Part shown: positions 13,203 through 24,494 of the stretch, in pieces
Position numbering within the stretch: the stretch's first letter is position 1
Layout of the letters: each line of letters starts with the position of its first letter
Source of the DNA: the human T2T-CHM13v2.0 reference genome, Homo sapiens
Length of the DNA: 64,000 nt
Direction: 5' to 3' (one strand)
Assembly (NCBI RefSeq): GCF_009914755.1
Contig: NC_060925.1
The notes under the pieces: model-generated
Told to the model about the DNA's origin: nothing
Seen by the model: the letters and a program-made list of their open reading frames with translations, nothing else
The model's database searches: none
Made by a program: the position numbers and the translations under genes

Positions 13203-13998
13203 CTGCGAGGGGGAGGGAGCGTGAGCTGGATCAGCGGACTCGGCCCCACTCCCCACCATGCAGTCCGGGCCACCCGGAAGGACCCGCTGGGGAGGAGGAA
13301 AGGGGGCGATTATGGAGACCCCGGGGGCTTCAGGCACACTCCATCCAAAGGGAGGGCACGATGGCAGGGGTTCCGTGGATGTCGGGCCGCTCGGTGGCAC
13401 GGCGAGACCAGGCACCTACTTAAAGTGTCACACGACCTGGGTATACCCTCCATTCAGACGCACTCACCCGCACACGCGACCCATAGTCAGAGATCTGCTC
13501 AGATACAGCCCATAGGGAGTCCCCGCGCCCGCGCGCCAGGCGCAGTGGGAGCCGCAGGCACATCACCCTGGCAGGCAGCCCCCTCTCTCTCCGCCGCGCG
13601 CAGGGGTCTGCGGAAACGCATTGTCAAGCGGAGAAGCCGCCCGGCTCTGCTCATTACCGCCGCGGAGCGCGCGTGTCAAATAAACCCCAACGGCGAGAAT
13701 CACACAGTTCATCCGGAACCATGAATGGCCGCCCCTCCGGCAAAGTTCCCCGCTGGCCAAGCCCCCCTGCACCCCTCCCCCAAGAGCCGCTGCCCAGAGG
13801 GCAGAGCCCTCAACACCGAGGCCCGCGGGGGCGGGGGGCCGAGGGCAAATTCAGGAATAGCCGCTTCGCGTGGAGCCTGTCCGCCCGGGAGCCCCCGATA
13901 GCCCCGGGTTCTGGACCCCTCCCCGCTCCGGCCTCCCGGCCGCGCTTTGTTGGTGGCTAGGGCGGAGCAGAGCCGAGTCAGAGACCGGCTGCACGCAC
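13203..13998 (-). other. LRP8: LRP8 intron 1 (796 nt, GT-AG)
   Basis: Lies between the exon 1 donor and the exon 2 acceptor. Confidence 0.95.
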
Positions 13999-14049
13999 CT
14001 TGGCCGCCGAGCAGCGGATCAGCCGCTGCCGCCGCAAGATGCTGGAGCC

Positions 14050-14085
<36 letters not shown>

Positions 14086-14122
14086 CCAGAAGCCGGAGAG
14101 GGCCCGGCTCGGGGAGGCCCAT
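13999..14122 (-). CDS. LRP8: LRP8 (ApoER2) coding exon 1: signal peptide MGLPEPGPLRLLA(L)11RLQHLAAAAADPLLGGQ/G, 124 nt, phase-1 intron follows
   Basis: ATG at 14122 in a strong context (CCGCCATGG on minus). The translation matches the recognisable ApoER2 N-terminus. Donor CAAG|GTGCGT with GT at 13998-13997. Confidence 0.97.
14051..14083. repeat. (CAG)11 / (CTG)11 coding trinucleotide repeat (poly-Leu of signal peptide)
   Basis: Eleven perfect CAG units on the + strand. Confidence 0.97.
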
Positions 14123-14300
14123 GGCGGGCCCGGGGCTCCGGCCGCCGCGCCCCGCGCTCCCCGCGCCGCCGCCGCCGCGTCTCAGCCCTCCGAGTCCTTG
14201 CCGCGGCGCCGGGGTTGCCGCTGCCCCCGCCGCCGCCGCCGCCGCCGCTGCCGCCCGCCCCGGCTCCTCGGCTGCATTTCAAGCAGGTTCGGTGACGCTC
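14123..14300 (-). other. LRP8: LRP8 5' UTR portion of exon 1 (upstream boundary/TSS approximate)
   Basis: Very GC-rich leader directly upstream of the ATG, with CGG runs. The TSS cannot be fixed from sequence alone. Confidence 0.65.
14227..14253. repeat. (CCG)7-CTG-CCG repeat (CGG on the LRP8 sense strand) in the 5' leader
   Basis: Read directly. A second short GCC run lies at ~14165-14178. Confidence 0.93.
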
Positions 14301-15549
14301 GGCGGCGGGGCGGGCTCAGGCTGGGCGCGCGGCCCCGGCCCTGGGCGGCCGCCGCCAGCGCGCGCGCTCCCTCCCGCTGCCGCCTCCGCCCCACGCTCCC
14401 CCTGCCGCCGCCTCCTCGCCCTCCTCCCTCCTGTCTTTCGTCCACTCTTCTCTCAGCGGGCGCTCCACGGCCCTGCTCTGGGCTCGCCTGAGTGCTGGGC
14501 TCTGCAGACGCAGGGATGGGCCAGGCGAGCCCCTCACCACGGAGGTAGCAGGTCCAGAGGAAGCAGCAGAGGCTTCCTGGAGGAGGTGACAGGCGGATCA
14601 GAGGCTGAGGGATGTCTAGGAGTGAGCCTGGGCGGGAGGGGAAATGATGTTACAGGACGAACAGGCCTGTGCAGTGTGCGCGTGGGGCGGGGGAGGGAGG
14701 GATAGGGGTGAGATCCCAAGATGTGGATGAGCAGGGAGAAGCTGGGGGCGCAGGGCTGGACCCCTGCACCTGTCATGGGCTCCGGCTGGGATATTATAAA
14801 TCCCTGTGGCTGGTTTGGTTTCCGTGCCATGTGCATCTGTGCATGTTGCACGCTCATGTGATCATGGGGACGTGAGGCAGGTGGATTGGGCCTGGTGCAC
14901 AGACTATTCATCGTCGTTAAGTACGCTCCAGGCCCCTAGTCAGAGGGGCAACCAGGGGGGGCCCGCAGGGAAGACAAGGAATCCTCGCTGTGATGGAGAA
15001 AGACGAGGTCTGTGGGGCGGGCCGGGCGGGGGGGAAGGGGAGGGCACGGAAGGGATGCCATCCCTGCCGCTAGGGGCCGCGCACCTAGGCCCGCGCTGTC
15101 CGCCCCTGCTGTCTTCTGCAGGAAGGAGAAGGCACCTCTTCCTCTGGAGGGCTGCAGCCCGCCTCACCCACACTGGGGAGAATGGGTGCGGAGAGCGAGC
15201 TGGGATTCGATTTCAGCCTCAGACTTGTGAGCCGGGTCCAACCCACACAACCTTCTTTAGAGAATGAGATTCCAGGGCATTGGCCACTCAAAACAACCGG
15301 CCTGCAGGTGCCAAGAGCCAGTGTTAGGTCCACCCTCCCTCCCCTCTTGCCCCTTCACCTCCCTCGCGGATGGGCAGGTGCTGTTAGCCCTTGGCCTGGA
15401 AACCACCCTGTCTCCTCAGCAGCCTCCTGAGCCGTAGTCCCCCAAAGGGCAGCCCAGCGGCAATATCTGTGGCCACCCCACCAGAAAGGGACTTAGATCC
15501 CCAGAGAGCCCGGCACGGTGCTCCTGCCATCATCACCCCTCCTGTCCCT

Positions 15550-16165
15550 TGTTCATTCAGTCATTCAGCAAGCATTTCAGGCCCTGTTCTGTGCCAACCC
15601 TGTGCTGGGCCTGCGGGTACCAAGGTGAATCAGGCATGGTGCCAGCCCCGGAGAGGTCCCTGACCTGTGGGGAGACAGACCATTAGCACACAGACAACGA
15701 AATGCAGGCGTCCTTTCACCTATATGTGCCAAACGCCCTTCAAGGCTCAAGGATACAGTGGAAACAGATAAGGTTCCTCCCTGCTCTCCTGCAGTTATGT
15801 CTTAGTTGGAAGAGATACACACAAAAGCAGGAAAACAAAAGATTATTTCAGGTCATCATAACTTCTATGGAAAAAACAAAACAGACCCAGGTGAGAGCAA
15901 TGGGGGTAACTGTAGAGGTGATCAGGCAAGGCCTCACAGAGGAGGTGACATTTCACTGAATGGCAAGATGGATCCTGACCCATGAAGATCAGGCGGAAGG
16001 GCATTCTTGGCAAAGGGAATGGCAATCAAGGTGGGCCGGGGCCTGATGACAGGGAAGGAGTGGGTGCCTCAGGTGAGGCTGGAGGGAGTTGGCAAGGCCC
16101 TGATCACCAGGGCTTTGTAGGCCACAGCTGGGAGTTTGGATTCTGTGTCAAGCACAATGGTGCCT
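15550..16165 (-). mobile_element. L2 LINE 3' fragment(s)
   Basis: Antisense L2 tail (cattcagtcattcagcaagcattt...tgtgcca) and body motifs (ggcctcacagaggaggtgacattt, agggctttgtaggcca). Confidence 0.7.
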
Positions 16166-16402
16166 GGGACTGTGGGATAAAGATAGAAGCCCGTCTTGCT
16201 GCCCAAACTGACCTATCCAACTCAGTCCCTCCTCCTCCTCCACTCTGTGGTCTTAGGAAAGTCAATCCTATCTCCCAGTCTCACTTTCTTATCTGGGAAA
16301 TGGAAGAGATAAGGAATTTCTGAGGTTCATTCCAACTGTAAGATTAGTATGTGGGCCGAAGTCTAGAGGCAGCAGATGAAGAAAAGAAAAGAAAGGAAAA
16401 GA

Positions 16403-16694
16403 GGCCGGGCGTGGTGGCTCGCACCTGTAATCCCAGCACTTTGGGAGGCCGAGGCGGGCGGATCATGAGGTCAGGAGATTGAGACCATCCTGGCTAACAC
16501 GGTGAAACCCTGTCTCTACTAAAATACAAAAAATTAGCCGGGCATGGTGTCGGGCACCTGTAGTCCCAGCTACTCAGGAAGCTGAGGCAAGAGAATGGCG
16601 TGAACCCGGGAGGCGGAGGTTGCAGTGAGCCGAGATGGCGCCACTGCACTCCAGCCTGGGCCACAGGACCAGACTCTGTCTCAAAAAAAAAAAA
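16403..16694 (+). mobile_element. Full-length Alu, AluY-like
   Basis: GGCCGGGCG start, diagnostic ggctaacacggtgaaaccc and gaatggcgtgaacccggg, A tail. Confidence 0.93.
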
Positions 16695-16760
16695 GAAAGA
16701 AAGAAAAAGAAAGAAAGGAAGGAAGGAAGGAAGGAAGGAAGGAAGGAAAAAAGAGAGAAA
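16695..16760. repeat. Purine-only (GAAA)n/(GGAA)n tract derived from the Alu tail
   Basis: Read directly. Confidence 0.9.
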
Positions 16761-19047
16761 TGGAGAGCATGGGCCTGTGGGTGAGACTGCCTGGGTCTGA
16801 GTCTGTTCCTTCCCTTTCTAGTTATGTGAACTTGGGCAACTCAATCTCTGTGGCTCTAAATGTGAAAAATGAGAAAGGTGATAGTACTCACCTCACAGCA
16901 TTGTGGTGAGGATATGAGATGAGATTGTGTACGCACAGCATACAGTATATAGTAGCTGCATGAGAAATGTTAGTTATTGTTACTATTATTCAAACATAAT
17001 TCCCTGTTCACAAAACCCTGATGGCTTTCCAATACCCAGAATCAAGACTGAGCCCAGGCATCCCCCGACCTCCCCAAGGGAGAAGGATGCCAGTTGCCAA
17101 AGTGGGCAAATCCTTGTCTCTCAACAGTCCCCTCAGCAGAGGTCCTTCTGGCTCCTCTCAGCCTCCACCCACTTTGGGCCACTTCCCCGGGCTCCTGCAG
17201 TCCCTGGGCTTCCCTTTGCCGCAGCCCTGACCACCCTGTGTTGCCACAGTCTGCTTATGCAACTGTCTCCCTCGTCACTCTGTGAGCTGCTGGAGGACAG
17301 GAGCCCGCTCTCCTGCATTCCTGGATTCTTGGCACAGGGCACATTTGACCAATGCTTGTTTCTGCCTTTATTGAAGGATTTGTACCCCTAGGAGGACTAT
17401 GTCTTCCTCATCTTTGTCTTCAGAGGATAAATACAAGGCCTGACACATAACAAGCATGAGGTAAGTTATATTTACTTGAAAAAGTTAAAAGAAAACCACA
17501 TAAAATAACAACAATAGCCAATATTTATTGTATACTTGCTGGGGGTCAGGCACCATTCTAAATGTTTTAAATTCTTTTTCCTCTTTGATCCTTACGACAT
17601 CTCCATCAGGCAGGTTTTGTGTTTATCCCATTTTACAGATGAGTAAGCTAAGCAGCAGAGAGGTCACACAGCTAGTAAGTGACTGAGCCAGCATGCGAAC
17701 CCAGAGGGTGGAAGTGGGAATTTTTCAGGGCACATAAACTGGTTAATTTCTGTGAGGGGCAAAGGGAGAAAGCTCAGTCCTTGAAACACACAAGACACCA
17801 AATGGACACTGAGGTCCTGGTAAAGCTTCGGCCACCCAGGTGACTTTGGTTCTCCCCTACCCTGCCTCTCCATCCTGGGCTGACTCAAGCTTACAGACCC
17901 TGCCTACCCTGAGTTTCCAAAGAAAACTCCCAAACCCAACCCAAAATGTAATGAATTCCCCATGAGACAGATGTAGGTGATATTTCACCTGCTGTCAATA
18001 TGGCACCCTGCCACTCCCAAGTCCCATGTTGGTCTCCAGAGCCATGGGAGCCCCAGCAGCCTACTCTTTCACACTGCCCCCCAGGAACTGGAGCTTCAGA
18101 ACTTTGCCAGGCTGTGCCCTCTGCTAGGCCATGCCCTCTGCCTAGAACACTCCCGCATGGGTTGGCTTCTGTTTACCGTTTGGGCCTCACCTCAAATGCC
18201 TCCTCCTCTGGGAAGACTTCTCGCCTACTCCACAGAGATCCTCCCTGCTCCTCTGGGCCCCCACGGCACTGTGTGTCCCAATCTCCCTGATCACACTGGC
18301 CTGTCGTTGTTGGCTCCTCCATCCAATGGGAGCTCCTCCAGTAACAAACAGCATCATCCTGGTTCTCACTCTGTCCCCAGTGATGATGCCTCTCCAGTAC
18401 CAGGGCCAGAGGACCTTCTGTGTTCACCTCGCCCAGCCTGCTCTGGCAGGCCTTATGCTAGGTGAGGGACACAGACGAACAAGACTCCACCTTTTCCCTG
18501 GAGGAGCTCTGGTCTGGAGGCAGAGAGAGCCTGGGACAGAGAGTGTCAGCACAGGGGGACAAGAGCCAGGGAGGGGTCTGCTCAGGGGTGCCAGATTCCA
18601 CCCCCAGGTACCTTAGGCTGTGTCACCAGCCCAGCCAGGGTCGGAGACCAGCAGCCCCAAGCCAAACACAGCCAGGCTGCAAGGGCAAGGGTGCTCTCTA
18701 CCATCCTTCACTTTCCTCTTCACTTACACTTCACTTCACTTCTCCACTGCCTTCACTTTACAGAAGGGCAGCCCCAGTCCTTCACATGGTACTGTGAGCC
18801 CACGGCGCACTTCTCCATGTCACTGTCTCTCTGTGTTTGTGTCTCTGTCTCTTTCCCTCTCTCCCTCTGAGCAGGCAAAGTGTCCTGATTCCTGTAAAAG
18901 AGAGATTCTAATTTATTACTGAACTTTACATAGATCCAAACTGCCATGGTTTAAACGACTTGTTACCTGTGTGACCTGGGGCAAGTTACTTTTATGCCTC
19001 AATTCCCTCATCTGCAAAACATTGTTAGCATTAGCTAATGTTTCCTA

Positions 19048-19586
19048 ATGCTATCAATTACCTATTGCTGCAAAACAAATTACCCAAAACTTAGCAGCTT
19101 CAAACAGAAATAAACATGTATTATCTCTCCCAGTGTCTGTGGGCCAGGAATTGGGGAGCAGCTTAGTTGCATGGGTCTAGCTCTGGGTCTCTCACGAAGT
19201 TGCAGTCAAGATGTTGGTGAGGCCACAGTCTTCCAAAGGTTTAACTGGGGCTGGAGTGTCTGGGCCGGCTCAGTCACAAGGTTGGCAAGTCCCTTTTGGC
19301 TGGTGGCAGGAGGACTCCATTTTTCACCATGTGGCTCACTCCAGAGGACTGCTCGAGTGTCCACATTGACATAGCTGGCTTTCCTTAGGGAGACAGATCA
19401 AAGAAAGAGAAAGCAATGAAGTCACAATGTCTTGTATGACCTGACCATGGAAGTCACGCTCCCTCATCTCTGCAATATCCTGTTGGTTACATAGATCAGC
19501 CCTATTCTATGTGGAAGGGAACTACATAGGATTGTGACTCCCAGGAGGTCTGTCTGGGGGCTGTCTTGGAGGCTGGCTGCCACACA
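19048..19586 (-). mobile_element. MLT1-family (ERVL-MaLR) solo LTR
   Basis: tattgctgcaaaacaaattacccaaaacttagcagctt...tctgtgggccaggaatt...ggctgccaca is typical of antisense MLT1. Confidence 0.75.
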
Positions 19587-19617
19587 CTGTCGTAGGATTT
19601 GTGAGGATGAATTAATA

Positions 19618-19957
19618 CAGTCCTCCCTCTGTATCCATGGGGGACTGGTTCCAGGACCTCCTGCAGATACCAAAATCCTCAGATGCTCAAGTGCTTGATA
19701 GAAAATGATACAATATTTGCATATAATCTGTACACATCCTCCCGTATACTTTACATCATCTCTAGATTATTTATAATACCTATACAATGTAAATGCTATG
19801 TAAATAGTTGTTACGATGTATTGTTTAGGGAATAGTGACCAGGATAAAAAGCCTGTACATGTTCAGTACAGATGCAATTATTTTTTCCTGAATATTTCTG
19901 ATCTGCAGTTGATTGAATCCAGGATTCGGAACCCATGGATAGAGCGAGCCAACTATG
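19618..19957. mobile_element. MER2 (TcMar-Tigger non-autonomous DNA transposon)
   Basis: TA-CAGTCCTCCCTCTGTATCCATGGG left end, ccatggatagag...aacta right end, characteristic atgtaaatgctatgtaaatagttgtta core, ~340 bp. Confidence 0.85.
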
Positions 19958-20842
19958 TATACACTTATATAGTGTGTACTATGTACTAAAAACCCTTCTA
20001 AGAACTTAAGTACACACTATATAAGTCATTGCTATTATTATTGCCTTTGTGGTTGTTTCTGCCACATAGTAAGAACTCTGTAAGAATTATCTGCAGTTAC
20101 CATTAATATTAGCTGCATTATTGCTATTAGCTGCACAATCCCTTCATCTTGCAGAGGAAAGGAGAGGATGAAGGTGGTTCAGGGGTTCGTAGAAAAGCAG
20201 GACAGACCCAGCCTCGGTTTCTTGCCTCTTGGCTGTGTGCTTTCAGGAGGGTGGGCTCACAACTGCCTCCTCCTCCACTGTCTTATGTAGGAGACTGAGT
20301 GGGTCCTTCTGCCTCTCTAGGCCTGGGGTGTCCATCCCTAACCTGAGGGGCTGAACTAGGTCAGTATATCCCATAACTGCAGCCATTCTCATCCACTTGA
20401 ATGAGTTTCTCTATTTCCCCTTACCTGCTACTGTCATCCCAGGGTTCCCCTTAAATCCTTTCACTTAGTAGATTTAGCTTCATCCTAAGCAATAATCTCC
20501 ATGAAATCACAGGCTTTATATGCTCATTATATTTTTCCAATACATATTAAATTAAATGTATGGCTATTCACATAAACAATGGGCCTCTGTGCACCCAGAT
20601 GTGTCTCTTTTCTCTAAGGGCCATCAGCTCTGAGCTCCCTGTTTATTCCAGGACAGATGGAGGGCAGGAGCCCTGACCACTCTGCCCATGATGACAGGCA
20701 TTCCTCAAGGTGACTTGCAGGTGGCTCAGGCCCTGGGTGCCCACCCCCTGAGTCACATGGCTTTCGGGGGCAGACTCAGTACTTTTCTGTTTGCCTTTAT
20801 TTTGGGTTAGTTTTTATTTTTTAAATTGTTTTTTATGTTTTT

Positions 20843-21172
<330 letters not shown>

Positions 21173-21189
21173 CGAAATCCCCTTCCTTC

Positions 21190-22115
21190 CTCCCCGCCAG
21201 CCCCAGAAACCATATTCTACTTCCTGTATTTATGAATTTGACTACTCTAGGCACCTTAGGTAAGTGCACTCATGCAATATTTACCCTTTTGTGAGTGGCT
21301 TATTTCACTTAGCATAACATCGTCAAGGTTCATCCATGTTGTAGCACGTGTCACAATGTCCTTCCTTTTTAAGGATCGGGAATACTCCATTGTATATCTG
21401 TTCCACATTTTGTTTCTTCATTCATCCATCAAGGGACAGTTGGGTTGGTTCCACATTTTAGCTACTGCGTATAATGTTGCTATAAACATGAGTGTACAAA
21501 TATCTCTTCAAGTCCTTGCCTTCAGTTCTTTTGAATATACTCAGAAGTGGAATTGCTGGATCATACTGTGATTCTAGTTTTTATTTTTTGAGGAACCACC
21601 ATAGTGTTTTCCACAGCAGTTGTATCATTTTACGTTCCTACCAACAATGTGTAAGAGTTCCAGTTTCTCCATGTCCTGGCCAAAACTTGTTGTTTTCTGC
21701 TTTTGTTGTTGTGGTTGTTGTTTCTTTGTTTGTTTTAACACAGATCCTAATGAATGTGAGGTTTTTTTTCTCACTGCGGTTTTCATTTGCATTTCCTTGA
21801 TAATTAGTGATACTGAGCCTCTTTTCATGTACTTATTGGCCATTTGTATATCTTCTTCGGAGAAATGTCTATTAAATTCCTTTGCCCATTTTTCAATTGG
21901 GTTGTTTAGTGTTTTGTTGTTGAGTTGTAGGAATTCTTATATATTTTAGCTATTAACCCCTTATCAGATATATGGTTTGCAAATATTTTCTCCCATCCCA
22001 TTGGCAGCCTTTTCACTCTATTGATTCTGTCCTTTGATACACAGAATTTTTCAATTTTGATGTAGTTCAATCTGTTTTTTCTTTTGTTGTCTGTGCTTTT
22101 GGTGTCATATTCTGA
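21190..22115 (-). mobile_element. L1M (L1MB-like) 3' fragment
   Basis: ggcttatttcacttagcataa...aggttcatccatgttgtagc, ttcttcggagaaatgtctatt; the minus-strand translation resembles the degenerate ORF2 C-terminus. Confidence 0.88.
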
Positions 22116-22340
22116 ACATACTTATATGTGATCGTAATACAATAAATGCTATTTGTAGTGTGCCATGATTAATACTTTTTTCCTGCATGCCTTTGTGTTT
22201 TCCCTGGAATTAATAATTGTTACCTTTTGCTTTATTGCTTTATTTCTTTCTTAGCTTTCTATGTATTTATCTCTCTTTCCTCCCTAAACTCTCCCTCATT
22301 TGTGTAAATCTCCTCTTACTACAATCACCCACATTCAATA

Positions 22341-23047
22341 CAGTAATCCCCACTTATCCGAAGTTTCACTTTCCGCAGATTAATTTACCCGAGGTCAACC
22401 ACGGTCCAAAGATATTAAATGGAAAATTCCAGAAATAAACAATGTGTAAGTTTTCAGTTGCATGCTATTCTGAGTAGCAGGATGAAATCTCGTGCTGTCC
22501 GGCTTCGTCCCACCTGGGATGTGAATCATCCCTTTGTCCAGTGGATCCGCGCTATAGACACTACTCTCCCATCAGTCACTCAGCAGCTGCTTCAGTTCCC
22601 AGATCAACTGTCGCAGGATCGCAGTGCTTCTGTTCAAGTAATCCTTATTTTACTTCATTATGGGCTCCAAAGCACAAGAGGAGTGTTGCTGGTGATTCCG
22701 ATATGCCAAAGGAAAGCTGTAAAGTACTTCCTTTAAGTAGAAAGGTGAAAGTACTTGACTTAATAAGAAAATTTAAAAAACAAAATTGTATGCTGTGGTT
22801 GCTAAGATCTACAGTAAGAATGATTCTATTCATGAAATCGTGAAGAAGGAAAGAAATTTGTGCTAGTTTTGCTGTTGCAACTCAAGCTGCAAAAGTTACA
22901 ACACCTGTGTGTGATGAGTGCTTAGTAATGATGGAAAAGCCATTAAATTTGTGGGTGCAAGACACGGACAGAAACGTTCTGATTGACGGCAATCAGGTTC
23001 CATTGGGGGTATTGGAACACATCCCTGAGGATAATGGGGGACTACTG
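22341..23047 (+). mobile_element. MER44-type (Tigger7-derived) DNA transposon, ~707 bp, with transposase N-terminal relic
   Basis: TIRs CAGTAATCCCCACTTATCC / GGATAATGGGGGACTACTG, TA duplications at 22339-40 and 23048-49. Internal frames KVLPLSRKVKVLDLIRK and MEKPLNLWV resemble the pogo/CENP-B HTH. Confidence 0.88.
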
Positions 23048-23102
23048 TATTCTACCAACTTATTCCTCTTGAAGAATTCCCTTTCGGATTTCTGACTGCT
23101 GA

Positions 23103-23631
<529 letters not shown>

Positions 23632-23874
23632 TGAAATCTTAAGACCTTGCCTTTCTAAAAGTGCCTCACATTTAATCAGATAGTTTGACCAGGTATAAAT
23701 TTCTAAACTGGAAATATTTTTCCCTCTGAATTTTGAAGGCTTGCTCCATTGTCTTCCAGTTTCTGCTGAAAAGTCTGAGGCCATTCTGTTTCCTAATCTT
23801 TTCTAGAGACTCTGTTCTCTCTTTCTGGAAGCTGTGTCCTCAGTGGGTCTTTTCTTTTAAGAGAAGGGATCCCA

Positions 23875-24008
23875 TCGCCACCGAGGCTGGAGTTCAGTGG
23901 CACAATCATCGCTCACTGCAGCCTTGACCTCCTGGGCTCAAGGATCCTCCTGCCCCAGCCTCCTGAGTAGTTAGGACTACAGGCTCATACCACCATGCCT
24001 GCTCAGCC
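23875..24008 (-). mobile_element. Alu single-arm fragment (J/FRAM-like)
   Basis: aggctggagttcagtggcacaatcatcgctcactgcagccttgacctcctgggctcaag. Confidence 0.8.
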
Positions 24009-24494
24009 TTAGTGTGTCTTGAAGTGAATCGATTTCCATTCACTGTGCTGGGTACCCAGTGAGTCCTCACGGACAAACTAATCATCTTCATTTTGGAGAA
24101 AATTTAAAAGAAGTACCTCTATAATGATTTTATTTTTTCTTTCAGGAACTCCTTAATTATTCAAATACTGGCCCTCCTGGAGCAGTTCTCTATATTTCTT
24201 ATATCCTTTTTCCACCTATTTTTCATCCCATTTTGCTCTTCATTCTGGAAATGTTCTTCAACTCTTCAACAGTTTTTTGTTGTTTTTCAAAAATTTATCT
24301 TATCATATTTCCAAAAGCCTTTTGTTTGTTCTTTGACTATTCCTTTTTTTAGAGTATCTCGTTCTTTTCTCACGGATGCAATATTTTCTCTTATTTCTTT
24401 GAGGATGTTAGTAATGTTTTGTTGTTGTTTCTGTTGAAGTGTTTCTCACCATGCCTAATCTCTTCTTTGTCCAAGTTAATTTTTTTTTCTGATT

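Larger units (their letters stand above)
12200..15250. promoter_or_regulatory. CpG island / LRP8 promoter spanning exons 1-2
   Basis: Dense CpG and very high GC relative to the CpG-depleted flanks. GC boxes (e.g. GGGGCGGG at ~12487, 14307, 14683). No minus-strand TATA seen near the start. Confidence 0.9.

Noticed and set aside
12331-13423. Long ORFs of 150-260 aa on both strands in the CpG island (e.g. 12331-13110 +, 12695-13423 +)
   Set aside because: Low-complexity Pro/Arg/Gly/Ala products are expected from stop-poor GC-rich DNA. Only the exon 2 segment has domain similarity.
13709-13998. Read-through of the exon 1 ORF into intron 1 (137 aa ORF in the track)
   Set aside because: Lies past the canonical donor at 13998 and has no recognisable similarity.
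21272-21949. Hydrophobic ORFs of ~100 aa resembling membrane proteins
   Set aside because: They are antisense translations of L1 sequence.
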